50,545 bases of DNA from Candidatus Sumerlaeota bacterium. GTDB taxonomy: Bacteria > Sumerlaeota > Sumerlaeia > SLMS01. Made by a program: the position numbers and the translations under genes. The stretch is taken from positions 1 through 50,545 of the forward strand of contig SLMS01000111.1 of NCBI GenBank assembly GCA_007133495.1, given 5' to 3'. The notes beneath the pieces were generated by a model. It saw nothing but the letters and a program-made list of their open reading frames with translations, was not told where the DNA came from and ran no database searches. This document shows, one piece after another, positions 1-9,615 of the stretch (position 1 is the first letter of the stretch; every line of letters begins with the position of its first letter).

Positions 1-198
1 TATCCCCACGCACTTCTTGGACTTGCCCGTAAAACTGTCCTACAGATCACCGGCACGCTGCACCCGCCCGAAGACGTCCGCGTTCTCTGGTCGCCCGGCC
101 CGGACGGGGTTGACGGCCGCGCCGCGGTTCCTTACGACCCCACCAACGGCACCCGCAGCGCCGGGGACATCATCGTATTTCCGGAGAGGTTTCGATGA
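1..198 (+). CDS. 3' end of a gene truncated at the window edge; paralogue of 195..2141 with a C-terminal SxGPDG...YDPTNGTxSAGDI module
   Basis: Not in the ORF track. Frame +1 reads YPHALLGLARKTVLQITGTLHPPEDVRVLWSPGPDGVDGRAAVPYDPTNGTRSAGDIIVFPERFR*. TGA at 196-198 overlaps the next ATG (ATGA). The last 44 aa are 37/44 identical to the C-terminus of the next gene. Confidence 0.9.
   Translation, partial: YPHALLGLARKTVLQITGTLHPPEDVRVLWSPGPDGVDGRAAVPYDPTNGTRSAGDIIVFPERFR
64..198 (+). repeat. 135-bp coding repeat, copy 1 (copy 2 at 2007..2141)
   Basis: Ungapped alignment of 64-198 with 2007-2141; both begin ccgcccgaagacgtccg and end at the stop codon. Confidence 0.9.
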
Positions 199-2141
199 AA
201 CCGGGAAAGGTTCTTTCACGATACGGCTGGATTGGCGGCGTGGCGCTTGCGGCTCTCTTGGCGGGGTCGGTCGTTTGGAGAGCACAGCGCATTCCGCCGC
301 CGGACACGGAGACACTCCAGGCTGTAGTCAACCACTACGAATCCGAAATGCTGGAGGCGTTTGGCCCGCCATCCACGTCGCGGTATGCCGAACTCGCGTG
401 GACACTCGGCTTGCCGCTTCTGGACACAAAAGAGATCATTCGCCGGGGTGTGGTCAGTCACGAGTTTAATAATTGGGCCGGGGCACATCGGGGAGCCCTT
501 GACGAAATTGGTAGGCTTGCGGCGAGCGAAAACATCTATCCCGTGTTCATGCAGGATTCGGAGACGGGCCACACGGAGCGTTTATTTTCCGAGGGACCGG
601 ACCTTGCGCGGGCTTACCGGCTGATGGCCAACGCCGCAATGCAGGAGGAAGACTGGGACGAGGCCCTCCAGCGCCTGCGGCACTCAGCTCAATCGTCCGA
701 CCCCATCCGGTTCCGCTTCCACCTCGGCCACCTGAGTTCAGTGGTCGCCCGGGCAACCGGATATGAAGACTATTACAATATTCTGGCCTATGATCTCCCC
801 GCCACAGCGCTTGAGCAGGCCCTTTCCGACCTGCAGGGGTTGCAAACCACGGAACCCGCTTTTGACGACTGGCACCGGCTCGCCATGCAAGCGGGCAGGT
901 CTTACGGCCTTCTCCGGTATGCGGGACAAGACACGGTTCGCAATCCTCTCCCACCGGCGGTCCCACTCGATCATTCGATGAGGCATCGATATCTCGCCAA
1001 GGCGCGGACGTTTGCCGCCCTCGCGGGGGGCGATTTCGAGAGTCCGAGCCTGCGGCGGTATGCCGAGCGCCTGCGTGCGGAAATTGATCCGGAACAGCCG
1101 TTCGACGAACTCGAATGGGCCGAAGGCAGCGGAGAGAGAGCCCGCTGGACCTCCGTCCCGGCAGATGTCCGGTTCCTGCGCGAGGCCGCGGAGGCCGAGC
1201 CCGCCCTGCTCAAAGGCATGGCACTCCCGGAGCATCTGCTGGAAACCATCGACCGTTGGACACTCGCTGTCTATGTGGGCAGTTTTCCCAACTGGAGGGC
1301 GCCGAATACCGAAGTGCCGCCCCGCCTGACTCTCACGGAAGGGGAACTACTGCGCACGGCCTTCGATGCAAGATTGCAATACTCTCAAGCCGGCACCTGG
1401 CCGGAAACGGTTCTCGACGATGGCCAGTTCGAGCGCATCGTGAATGAGTATCGCGACCGCACCGACAGGCCTTACCTCCCCATCCAGTCCCGCATCATCG
1501 AAGGGGAGCTTCCGCGAGTCCATTTCAAGCTCCTGCTTCGGCGGGAACTTGGCACCGCAGCGCGCTCACCGGACGTCGAGTTGACTTTCGCCGATGACCC
1601 GTTCCGGTTCAGGCTCACGTACCCCACTGACCTCACGGCTCGTCAAATGCTTGTCCTTCGTGATGCGCTCGCCCCCTTCACCGAGAAGTTGGAGGCGAAG
1701 ATAATTCCTCCACAAGTTACTCTCCCCAGGCAGATCGGCTGCATCGTATTGCCGGAGGAGTTTCCCTGGCCAGACGATGTCAGTACTTCCGATGACGATT
1801 CCCAGTCCACGTTGAGTGTTGCGCCGCCGCCGCCCGTGGAGAGATACTGGGCCGAATACGTCGGCCCGGGCGCGCCGATGCCCTCCCCACTGACACCTGA
1901 GACGGCAGAGCACATGGCCCACGTCAGGACAACCATCGAGGATCGTGAACCGCGGTTTCGCAGATGGGCTGACGGCGTGAGGATCGTTGCCGAAGGCGTC
2001 CTTGTCCCGCCCGAAGACGTCCGGGTCCTTTGGTCGCCCGGTCCTGACGGACGGGACGGCCGCGGCAAAATTCCCTACGATCCCACTAACGGCACCCTCA
2101 GCGCCGGGGACATCATCTTGTTTCCGGAGAGCTTTCGATAA
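195..2141 (+). CDS. Membrane-anchored or exported hypothetical protein (648 aa) with a GspG/pseudopilin-like C-terminal module
   Basis: N-terminal hydrophobic helix (WIGGVALAALLAGSVVW), internal 'LQYSQAGTWPETV' and terminal 'LWSPGPDG...YDPTNGTLSAGDII'. No class III (GFTxxE) prepilin site. Confidence 0.8.
   Translation: MKPGKVLSRYGWIGGVALAALLAGSVVWRAQRIPPPDTETLQAVVNHYESEMLEAFGPPSTSRYAELAWTLGLPLLDTKEIIRRGVVSHEFNNWAGAHRGALDEIGRLAASENIYPVFMQDSETGHTERLFSEGPDLARAYRLMANAAMQEEDWDEALQRLRHSAQSSDPIRFRFHLGHLSSVVARATGYEDYYNILAYDLPATALEQALSDLQGLQTTEPAFDDWHRLAMQAGRSYGLLRYAGQDTVRNPLPPAVPLDHSMRHRYLAKARTFAALAGGDFESPSLRRYAERLRAEIDPEQPFDELEWAEGSGERARWTSVPADVRFLREAAEAEPALLKGMALPEHLLETIDRWTLAVYVGSFPNWRAPNTEVPPRLTLTEGELLRTAFDARLQYSQAGTWPETVLDDGQFERIVNEYRDRTDRPYLPIQSRIIEGELPRVHFKLLLRRELGTAARSPDVELTFADDPFRFRLTYPTDLTARQMLVLRDALAPFTEKLEAKIIPPQVTLPRQIGCIVLPEEFPWPDDVSTSDDDSQSTLSVAPPPPVERYWAEYVGPGAPMPSPLTPETAEHMAHVRTTIEDREPRFRRWADGVRIVAEGVLVPPEDVRVLWSPGPDGRDGRGKIPYDPTNGTLSAGDIILFPESFR
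2007..2141 (+). repeat. 135-bp coding repeat, copy 2
   Basis: See 64..198. Confidence 0.9.
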
Positions 2142-2285
2142 GATAGAGAGCAACCGGACTGCCTGCAACAAGGCAAACGCTCATGGACATACTGGGAGGG
2201 AGAATATATACTACAGAGACAGCGCCTCGATTACTTCGATCGGACAGCCTCTGCTGTATTTCACAATAGTATAGACACCCCCCTT

Positions 2286-2334
2286 GGAGTGCGGCGGCTT
2301 GCCGCCGCCTTGACGCCGCAGGCCTGCCTGCGGC
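2286..2334. repeat. REP-like palindromic element (two adjacent hairpins)
   Basis: GGAGT-GCGGCGGC-tt-GCCGCCGC-ctt (2286-2311) followed by GCCGCAGGC-ct-GCCTGCGGC (2315-2334), in an intergenic region. Confidence 0.55.
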
Positions 2335-2491
2335 CGCACCGAGTTCCGGCAGGCCACCACCCCCAACAAGCACGGGCGAACCTCATCGCCCCACGTGCAG
2401 CCAGGGCCGCGTGCCGCAAACCGTGCTTGCCACTCTCCCCGCTGCGGGCGGACTCATGGGCAAGTTTTTGCCCCGAGGCGCGCGCCCTGTC

Positions 2492-3586
2492 ATGACTCCG
2501 TGGATACTTCTCGCCCTGTTGGCCTTCGCCCAATGCCTTGCGCTGGGATTGCTGTTGATGCCATGGGCGCGGGGGCAGGGGCCGCGTCTGGGGCTGATGG
2601 ACCGTCCGGCCGCGGCACGAAAGATCCATCATAAGCCCACGCCTCTTTCCGGCGGGCTCGCCATTTTTCCGGCCTTCTGGGCGGCGCTCTGGGTGAACGT
2701 CCTCGTGGCGGTGCTGATCATCCCGGCGCTCTGGTTCCTGCCGGAGCCGGTCCGCGTGCTGGCAGGCAACGTGGTCTTGCGCCTGGACATGCTGGCGGGG
2801 GTCTTCGCCGGGTGCGCCATCATTTTCGTGCTCGGCCTGCTGGACGACCGGTACGACCTGCCCCCGCTCCTGCGCCTTGGAGTGCAGGTGGCTGCAACGT
2901 TCCCCGTTCTGGCCGCCGGCGTGAGTTTCCAGGTGGTGGACGTGTGGTGGGTGGCCTGGCCGCTGACCGTCTTCTGGCTGGTCCTGCTGACCAACAGCCT
3001 CAACTTCCTGGACAACATGAACGGGCTGACCAGCGGCGTGACGATCATCGTCTGCCTCGTCATGGCCATTATCGCACTGCTTTTCCGCGAGTGGTACATG
3101 CTGCTTATCTTCGCCATGCTGGCCGGGGCCGTGCTCGCCTTCTGGTTCCACAACTTCCCACGGGCCTCGGTCTTTCTGGGCGACAACGGCAGCACGCACC
3201 TTGGGTTTCTGCTCGGCAGCCTGGCGATCCTGACGACGTATTACGAGGAGGGCGACCCCTCCCGCCTGCCCGTGCTCATTCCGCTGCTGGTGCTGGGGGT
3301 GCCGCTTTTCGACACGCTTTCGGTGCTGTGGATACGCTGGAAGGCCCGCCGGCCGCTCATGGTGGGCGACACCAACCACCTCTCGCACCGGCTGGTGGCG
3401 CTTGGCATGAGCCGCACCGAAGCCGTGCTCTTCATCTATCTTGCCACGCTGGTGGTCGGACTAGCGGCCATTCCGCTGCGGATACTCGATTGGCGGCACG
3501 GAATGTTGCAAACTGCATTAATAGTCTTGATCTTCCTGCTACTGCACTGGCTAGAACGAGTCAGCTACCGCACGCGGAGAAGCTGA
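2492..3586 (+). CDS. WecA/TagO-like undecaprenyl-phosphate GlcNAc-1-phosphate transferase (MraY/glycosyltransferase family 4)
   Basis: Polytopic membrane protein with motifs DRP..RKIH.KPTP.SGG, LGLLDD, NSLNFLDNMNGL, FLGDNGS and HLSHRL. Start moved to ATG 2492; ATG 2456 is an alternative. Confidence 0.88.
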   Translation: MTPWILLALLAFAQCLALGLLLMPWARGQGPRLGLMDRPAAARKIHHKPTPLSGGLAIFPAFWAALWVNVLVAVLIIPALWFLPEPVRVLAGNVVLRLDMLAGVFAGCAIIFVLGLLDDRYDLPPLLRLGVQVAATFPVLAAGVSFQVVDVWWVAWPLTVFWLVLLTNSLNFLDNMNGLTSGVTIIVCLVMAIIALLFREWYMLLIFAMLAGAVLAFWFHNFPRASVFLGDNGSTHLGFLLGSLAILTTYYEEGDPSRLPVLIPLLVLGVPLFDTLSVLWIRWKARRPLMVGDTNHLSHRLVALGMSRTEAVLFIYLATLVVGLAAIPLRILDWRHGMLQTALIVLIFLLLHWLERVSYRTRRS

Positions 3587-3614
3587 TGATCCTTGCTGCG
3601 AGGTACCCGTTCCC

Positions 3615-4844
3615 ATGTTCCCGTTGCCCCGTTGCTCCCGCGCCTGGCGGGTGGGAGTGCTCCTGCTCGCCGCGCCGTTGACGCTCGCCCTTCTCGCCGG
3701 TTGCGGCGCGAAAATCCGCGAGCTTGAAACCCAGGTCCAAATGCGCGACGCCCGCATCCTGCAACTCCGGCAGGACATGGCCGCCGTGCGCGAAAGGGCC
3801 GAGACTGCCGAAAACGAACTCCAACGTACCCGCACCCGCATGGCCGCCCTTGAAGCGGAGGTTGAGGATACGGGCGAAAAACTGAGTGCAGCCAGACTTG
3901 CACTCCACACAAGCCGCAACTCCACCGCCGCGGAGATGAACGGCATCATGCAGGCCTCCCTCCATCAGGAGCAGCAGCTCAAGGAGGAGGTCGAGCGGCT
4001 CGCCACCCGGCTGCAGACGCTGGAGGTGGAACTGCTCCACGAGGAGGAACGGCGCGAGGCGCTGGAGGGAGAACTCGCCGCGGCCAAGGAGGAGCTGGAG
4101 AGCTCCCGCGAGCGGGCCGACAGCCTCCTCAGCACGACACGCGAGCAGGAGCAGACCATCCGCTCCGAGCGCGAACGCCGCGAACGTCTGGCCGGACAGC
4201 TTGACGAGGCGGACGAATCGCTCAAGGCCGCCCGTTCCGAACTCCGCCAAGCGCGCGACGAAATCGCCGATCTGGAAAGCCAGCGCTCCGCCGCCCGGGA
4301 GGCCGCGGAGGAACTGCGCGAGAGCCTCGCCGCCAAGCAGTCCGAAATCGCCGAACTGGAGGCCATCCAGAAGGACTCCCCCGCCGGCGACCCCGAAGCG
4401 GCGGAAGCCGCCGAGGCAGCCTTCCGTGAAGGGCTCGCCGGGCGCATCTCCTCCCGCGCCGTCAGCGTGGAACGCGAGGACGCCCAGGTCCGCGTCCGCC
4501 TCTACTCCGACGACCTGTTCCAGACCGCCACCACCCTGCTCTCCGATGCGGGGTTGCGCTCTCTCCAGACCCTGGACGATGCTCTCGGCGAGCATCTGCC
4601 CCGGAGCATCACCGTGGAAGGACACACCGACAACGTTCCCGTGCGCAACATGCCCTACCCGGACAACTGGGAGCTGGGCGCTGCGCGCGCCTCGGAAGTG
4701 GTGCGCTGGCTGGCGGGTCAGCCGGGGCGGGACGCCTCGTTGTTCGCCACCACTTCGCACTCCTTCCATCGACCGCTCGGGGATAACCGCGAGGCTTCCG
4801 GGCGCAGGCTCAACCGCCGGGTGGAGATCGTCCTGGACTATTGA
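3615..4844 (+). CDS. Lipoprotein with a long coiled coil and a C-terminal OmpA/MotB-like peptidoglycan-binding domain
   Basis: Lipobox LLAGC, ~230 aa of E/R/L/A-rich heptads, then VEGHTDNVP..DNWELGAARASEV...NRRVEIVL. Confidence 0.88.
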   Translation: MFPLPRCSRAWRVGVLLLAAPLTLALLAGCGAKIRELETQVQMRDARILQLRQDMAAVRERAETAENELQRTRTRMAALEAEVEDTGEKLSAARLALHTSRNSTAAEMNGIMQASLHQEQQLKEEVERLATRLQTLEVELLHEEERREALEGELAAAKEELESSRERADSLLSTTREQEQTIRSERERRERLAGQLDEADESLKAARSELRQARDEIADLESQRSAAREAAEELRESLAAKQSEIAELEAIQKDSPAGDPEAAEAAEAAFREGLAGRISSRAVSVEREDAQVRVRLYSDDLFQTATTLLSDAGLRSLQTLDDALGEHLPRSITVEGHTDNVPVRNMPYPDNWELGAARASEVVRWLAGQPGRDASLFATTSHSFHRPLGDNREASGRRLNRRVEIVLDY

Positions 4845-5839
4845 GCGCAGAGACGGCGGCGGACCAGCCCATCGAGCAGCCCGCCGCCCCCACATCGCAA
4901 CCAGCACCGCCGGATGCCGCGGAGGAGACGTTCCGCGCGACGGTGGTGATTTTGTCCTACCACAGCGAGCAGTTCCTCGAAGGCTGCCTTGAGGCGCTCG
5001 GCCGTTCCCGCGGCGTGGAGCTGGAAATCGTCTGCGTGGACAACGCCTCGCCGGACCGCAGCCACGAAATTGCCCAAAAACATCCGCTGGTGGCGAAGGC
5101 GATCCGCTCGGAGCAAAACCTCGGGTTTTCCGGAGGCAACAATCTTGGATGGCGCGAGGGCACCGCACCTTACGTGGTGCTGATCAATCCGGACTGCCGG
5201 GTTCAGCCGGATGCCCTGCGGAACCTGCTGGCACCGCTCCGGGACGAGCCGGAGGTCGCGATCGTGGGCGCCCGGTTGCTCTATCCCAACACGAACACCC
5301 TCCAGCACGCCGGCGGCATTCTCCACCCCAACGGCATGTGCGAGCATTTCGGTGTGGACCGGCCAGATGGGGCGCCTTGGGACAAGGACCGCGACGTGGA
5401 GTACGTCACCGGCGCGCTGATTGCCTTCCGCCGGGGCGATCTGGAGGATCTCGGCGGGCTCGACGAGGACTATTGGCCCGCCTACTACGAGGAGACCGAC
5501 CTCTGCTACCGGGTGCGGCGCCAGGGGCGGAAGGTGCGCTACGCGGCCGGCGCGGTGGCCTATCACTACGAGTCGCCCGCGCTGGAGAAGCGCTCCGCCC
5601 GGCTTGTCCGCACCAGCTACCGCAGCCGGATACGCTTTATCGTGAAGAACTACGGGGTGGTGGAGTTTTGCCGCGACTTCCTGCCGTTCGAGGTACGATG
5701 GTTCTTCGGCCGGTTCGCCAGGGGGTACCGCTGGCAGACCGTGCGGTCGTATTTGTCTGGCGTCCTCTTTGCTCTGCGTTGCGTGGCCCGGTTATCGAGG
5801 CGTCCGCGCCAACCGCCGCGCGAAAAACTTCGGCGCTGA
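4841..5839 (+). CDS. Glycosyltransferase family 2 (WbbL/rhamnosyltransferase-like)
   Basis: VDNASPD, NLGFSGGNNLG, LINPD, GGLDE.Y..YYEETDLCYR. TTG start overlaps the upstream TGA. Confidence 0.9.
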   Translation: MSAETAADQPIEQPAAPTSQPAPPDAAEETFRATVVILSYHSEQFLEGCLEALGRSRGVELEIVCVDNASPDRSHEIAQKHPLVAKAIRSEQNLGFSGGNNLGWREGTAPYVVLINPDCRVQPDALRNLLAPLRDEPEVAIVGARLLYPNTNTLQHAGGILHPNGMCEHFGVDRPDGAPWDKDRDVEYVTGALIAFRRGDLEDLGGLDEDYWPAYYEETDLCYRVRRQGRKVRYAAGAVAYHYESPALEKRSARLVRTSYRSRIRFIVKNYGVVEFCRDFLPFEVRWFFGRFARGYRWQTVRSYLSGVLFALRCVARLSRRPRQPPREKLRR

Positions 5840-5846
5840 AGGAAAA

Positions 5847-7634
5847 TTGCGCACTCTAAGCTCCCTCCTCCCATACGTCCGGCGCCACGCCTGGGCCATC
5901 GTCTTCGGGATACTTTTTGTCTTCCTGGCGAACTCCCTTGCCCTGACCGTTCCCATCATCATCGGCCAGACGGTCAACCTGATCGAAGAAGGCCGCATCC
6001 ACCCGGACAACCTGTTTCACCTCGCCTTCCTGGCTGTGTGCGTCGCCGGGGTGGCCGCCTGCTTCCGCTTCCTCATGCGCCGGGTGATCATCGACATCTC
6101 CCGCGAGGTCGAGTACGAGTTCCGCAACGACTTCTTCCGCAAGCTCCAGTCCCTCGACCCAAGCTTCTTCGATGCGCGCAACACCGGCGACCTGATGAGC
6201 CGCGCCACAAACGACACCGATGCGCTCCGGATGCTCATGGGCCCCGGGGTGATGTACACGGCGAACACGATCTTCAGCCTGCCCATCGCCCTCACCGCGA
6301 TGCTCTGGCTGGACTGGCGGCTGACCCTGGTCTGCATGGCGCCGATGCTGGTACTGACACCGTTGGTGCGGTACTTCGGCACCCGCACCCACCGCATGTC
6401 GCGACTGCAGCAGGACTCTTTCGGCGAGTTGACCACCACCGTGCAGGAAAACCTCGCCGGCATCCGCGTCGTGAAGGCCTACCGGCAGGAGGACTTCGAG
6501 CTCCGCAAATTTCTCGAGCGCAACGACGACTACATCGACAAGTCGCTCGAGCTGGCCCGGCTCCAGGCCATGTTCTTTCCCTCCATCCGGTTGCTGGTCG
6601 GTTTCGGGTTCACGGTCCTCCTGCTGTACGGCGGTCACCGGATCATCCAGGGGCATCTGGAGGTGGGCACGCTCCTCTCCTTCCTGCTGCTTTTCGGGAT
6701 GATTGTCTGGCCGCTCATCGCCGCCGGCTGGGTGATCAACCTGATCCAGCGGGGCATTGCTTCGCTGGAGCGCATCAACGCCATCCTGGAGTCCGTTCCC
6801 AGCGTGACCGAGCCGGAGGACGGTGCCGCGGTCGTTGTCGAAGCCGGACCGCCGAGCATCGAACTGCGCTCGCTCACCTTCCAATACGAAGGCACCCTGT
6901 GGCCGCAGTTGAAGGATATAGACCTGCACGCTCCGCCGGGCAAGACCGTCGGCATCGTCGGGCCCGTCGGTGCAGGGAAATCGACGCTGGTGAATCTACT
7001 GTCGCGGTTCTACCCTGTACCGAGAGGAATGATCTTTTTCGGGGGGAAGGATATTAACGACTGGCCGCTCTCCGAACTCCGCCGGCGTATATCTTTCGTG
7101 TTCCAGGAGACCTTTCTCTTTTCCGATACCATCGGGTGGAACATACGGTTCGGATCCGCGGATAACACGCCCCAGGACCTCGTCGAGGAAGCGGCGGAGA
7201 TTGCGCAGGTCCACAGCGACATTGGCGATCTGCCGCGCAATTATTCCACCGTGCTCGGGGAGCGCGGGGTGAACCTCTCCGGCGGCCAGCGCCAACGCGT
7301 CGCCATCGCGCGGGCGCTCATGCGCCAGGCGGATATTCTCGTGCTCGACGATACGCTCTCCGCCGTGGACACGCACACCGAGGAGGCCATCCTCGGCGAG
7401 TTGCGCCGCATCATGGAGCGCAAGACCACCTTCCTCATTTCCCACCGCCTTTCCACAGTCGCGACGGCGGACGAGATTCTCGTCCTCGATGAAGGCCGCA
7501 TCATCCAGCGCGGCACGCACAACGAACTTAATGCCCAGCCCGGGTGGTACTCGGAAATGTATAGTCGGCAGCTCTCCGAGCGCGCGATCGAGGATTACGA
7601 CGAGGAAGGCTTCGCGGAGGACCCGGCAACATGA
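5847..7634 (+). CDS. ABC exporter fused permease/ATPase, subunit 1 of a heterodimer (YheI/MdlA-like)
   Basis: 6-TM domain, Walker A GPVGAGKST, LSGGQRQR, degenerate Walker B ILVLDD, SHRL. Start set at TTG 5847 after AAGGA. Confidence 0.92.
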   Translation: MRTLSSLLPYVRRHAWAIVFGILFVFLANSLALTVPIIIGQTVNLIEEGRIHPDNLFHLAFLAVCVAGVAACFRFLMRRVIIDISREVEYEFRNDFFRKLQSLDPSFFDARNTGDLMSRATNDTDALRMLMGPGVMYTANTIFSLPIALTAMLWLDWRLTLVCMAPMLVLTPLVRYFGTRTHRMSRLQQDSFGELTTTVQENLAGIRVVKAYRQEDFELRKFLERNDDYIDKSLELARLQAMFFPSIRLLVGFGFTVLLLYGGHRIIQGHLEVGTLLSFLLLFGMIVWPLIAAGWVINLIQRGIASLERINAILESVPSVTEPEDGAAVVVEAGPPSIELRSLTFQYEGTLWPQLKDIDLHAPPGKTVGIVGPVGAGKSTLVNLLSRFYPVPRGMIFFGGKDINDWPLSELRRRISFVFQETFLFSDTIGWNIRFGSADNTPQDLVEEAAEIAQVHSDIGDLPRNYSTVLGERGVNLSGGQRQRVAIARALMRQADILVLDDTLSAVDTHTEEAILGELRRIMERKTTFLISHRLSTVATADEILVLDEGRIIQRGTHNELNAQPGWYSEMYSRQLSERAIEDYDEEGFAEDPAT

Positions 7635-9466
7635 ATCCCGCCGAAGTCCTCGAACGAGCACGCCGCGAACGCTACCGCGCCGAGGAAAACGAGGCGCTTC
7701 AGCGCCGTGGCGACCTGCGCCAGATGAAGCGCCTGTTGCGCTACCTGCGCCCCCGCCGCAAGGCCGTCATCCTGGCGATTCTCCTCTCAACGCTGATCGC
7801 CGTGCTCACCCCCCTGCCGATGGTGCTCATCAAGGAGGCCATCGACGTCTATATCATGCCCGGGAACTACGGCGGGTTGGCGCTGATGGCGGGTCTGCTG
7901 CTGCTCTCCGCAGGGATGATCTTCTTCCTGAAAAAAACCTCCCACTATATGATCGCGAAGATCGGCCAGCACACGATGCGGGACCTGCGGGAGGAGGTCT
8001 TCAGCCACATACAGTCGCAGCCGCTCCGGTTTTTCGACCGCAACCCCGTCGGCCGGCTCATCACGCGCGTGACGAGCGACGTCAACGTCCTGAACGAACT
8101 CTTCGCCCAGGGAGTTGTGGGCATTTTCCAGCAGGTGTTCTCCCTGATTGTGATCCTTGGCGTGTTGTTCTATTTCAATTGGCAGCTTACGTTGCTGATT
8201 CTGCCGGTTATTCCGCTCATTGCCCTGGCGTCCTGGAATTTCCGCAACAATGTCTTTGTGAGCTACCGGCTCACGCGCGTGCGGCTCTCCCGCCTCAACA
8301 CCTTCATGCAGGAAAACATCACCGGCATGAGGACCGTCCAGGCGAATACCCGCGAGGACCCGCAGTTCCGCCTCTTCGACGAGCTGAACCGCGCCCACCG
8401 CGACGCGCACATCAAGACGGTCTTCCAGTACGCGTTGTTCTTCCCGATCGTGGAGGTCGCGACGACGCTCGGGCTCGCCATCGTCGTCTGGCAGGGCGGC
8501 AGGATGTTCCTCGCGCCGGAGACCGCCGCCATGGGAGCGGTGACCGTCGGCCAGTTGGCGCTGTTCGTGCAGGCGCTGGAGCGCTTTTTCCAGCCGGTGA
8601 AGGACCTGTCCGAAAAGTATAACATTGTTCAGTCCGCCATCGCCGCCAGCGAGCGCCTCTTTGTGCTGCTGGACACCAAGCCGACCATCATCGACCCCGA
8701 AAACCCCGTCCATCCCGGCCAGTCACGCGGGCGTATCGAATTCCGGGACGTGTGGTTTGCCTACAATCCCGGCGAATGGGTGCTCAAGGGGGTGAGCTTC
8801 ACCGTCGAGGAGGGCCAAACCGCCGCAATCGTCGGCCCCACCGGCAGCGGAAAGACGACGCTCATGGCCCTGCTCTGCCGCTTCTACGATATACAGAAGG
8901 GGCAGATTCTGGTGGACGGCGTGGACGTACGCGAAATGCGCCAGGCGGACCTGCGCGAGAAAATCGCCATCGTCATGCAGGACGTTTTCCTCTTCCATGG
9001 CACGGTGGCCGGAAACGTGCGCCTCGGCCGCGAGTCGATCACGGACGAGCGCATCCGCGAAGTCTGCGAGCGCACCGGTTTCGACAACGTGGTACGCCGC
9101 CTGCCCAGCGGTTACGAAAGCGGCGTCAAGGAGCGCGGCGCCACGCTCAGCACCGGTGAAAAGCAACTCCTCAGCTTCGCCCGTGCCCTGGCCTTCGACC
9201 CGCATATCCTGATCCTGGACGAGGCGACGTCCAATATAGACACCGAATCCGAGCAGCAGGTCCAACGGGCCGTTGCCACGCTCTGCGCCGGCCGAACCTC
9301 CCTCGTCATCGCCCACCGGCTTTCCACCATCCAGCGCGCCCACAAGATTCTGGTCATCCACCACGGCCACCTTGTGGAGGAGGGCACGCACCAGGAGCTG
9401 CTCCGCCGCGGCGGGCTCTACAGGCGCCTCTACGACCTCCAGTACCGCGAACAAGCGGCAGGGTGA
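7631..9466 (+). CDS. ABC exporter fused permease/ATPase, subunit 2 (YheH/MdlB-like)
   Basis: GPTGSGKTT, degenerate signature LSTGEKQL, consensus Walker B ILILDE, AHRL. ATGA overlap with subunit 1. Confidence 0.92.
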   Translation: MNPAEVLERARRERYRAEENEALQRRGDLRQMKRLLRYLRPRRKAVILAILLSTLIAVLTPLPMVLIKEAIDVYIMPGNYGGLALMAGLLLLSAGMIFFLKKTSHYMIAKIGQHTMRDLREEVFSHIQSQPLRFFDRNPVGRLITRVTSDVNVLNELFAQGVVGIFQQVFSLIVILGVLFYFNWQLTLLILPVIPLIALASWNFRNNVFVSYRLTRVRLSRLNTFMQENITGMRTVQANTREDPQFRLFDELNRAHRDAHIKTVFQYALFFPIVEVATTLGLAIVVWQGGRMFLAPETAAMGAVTVGQLALFVQALERFFQPVKDLSEKYNIVQSAIAASERLFVLLDTKPTIIDPENPVHPGQSRGRIEFRDVWFAYNPGEWVLKGVSFTVEEGQTAAIVGPTGSGKTTLMALLCRFYDIQKGQILVDGVDVREMRQADLREKIAIVMQDVFLFHGTVAGNVRLGRESITDERIREVCERTGFDNVVRRLPSGYESGVKERGATLSTGEKQLLSFARALAFDPHILILDEATSNIDTESEQQVQRAVATLCAGRTSLVIAHRLSTIQRAHKILVIHHGHLVEEGTHQELLRRGGLYRRLYDLQYREQAAG

Positions 9467-9615
9467 GGCAAACACGGCAGTCCTGCTCCCGGCATCGCCC
9501 GGCCCTGAGGTTCCGGTTGTCACCCTCCGCACCCGCCGGGGAGAGTTCCGCGCTTTGGAGCCGCCAAACGCTCCCACGCAGCTTCCACCGCCCGAACGAA
9601 CGGAACGCGAACACG

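Noticed and set aside
3615-4844. Flagellar stator motB
   Set aside because: It has a lipobox instead of the TM helix with the conserved Asp, and there are no motA or flagellar genes in the window.
5847-9466. ABC pair as cydDC or msbA
   Set aside because: The paired motifs fit the YheI/YheH-MdlAB class of heterodimeric exporters; the substrate cannot be assigned from sequence.
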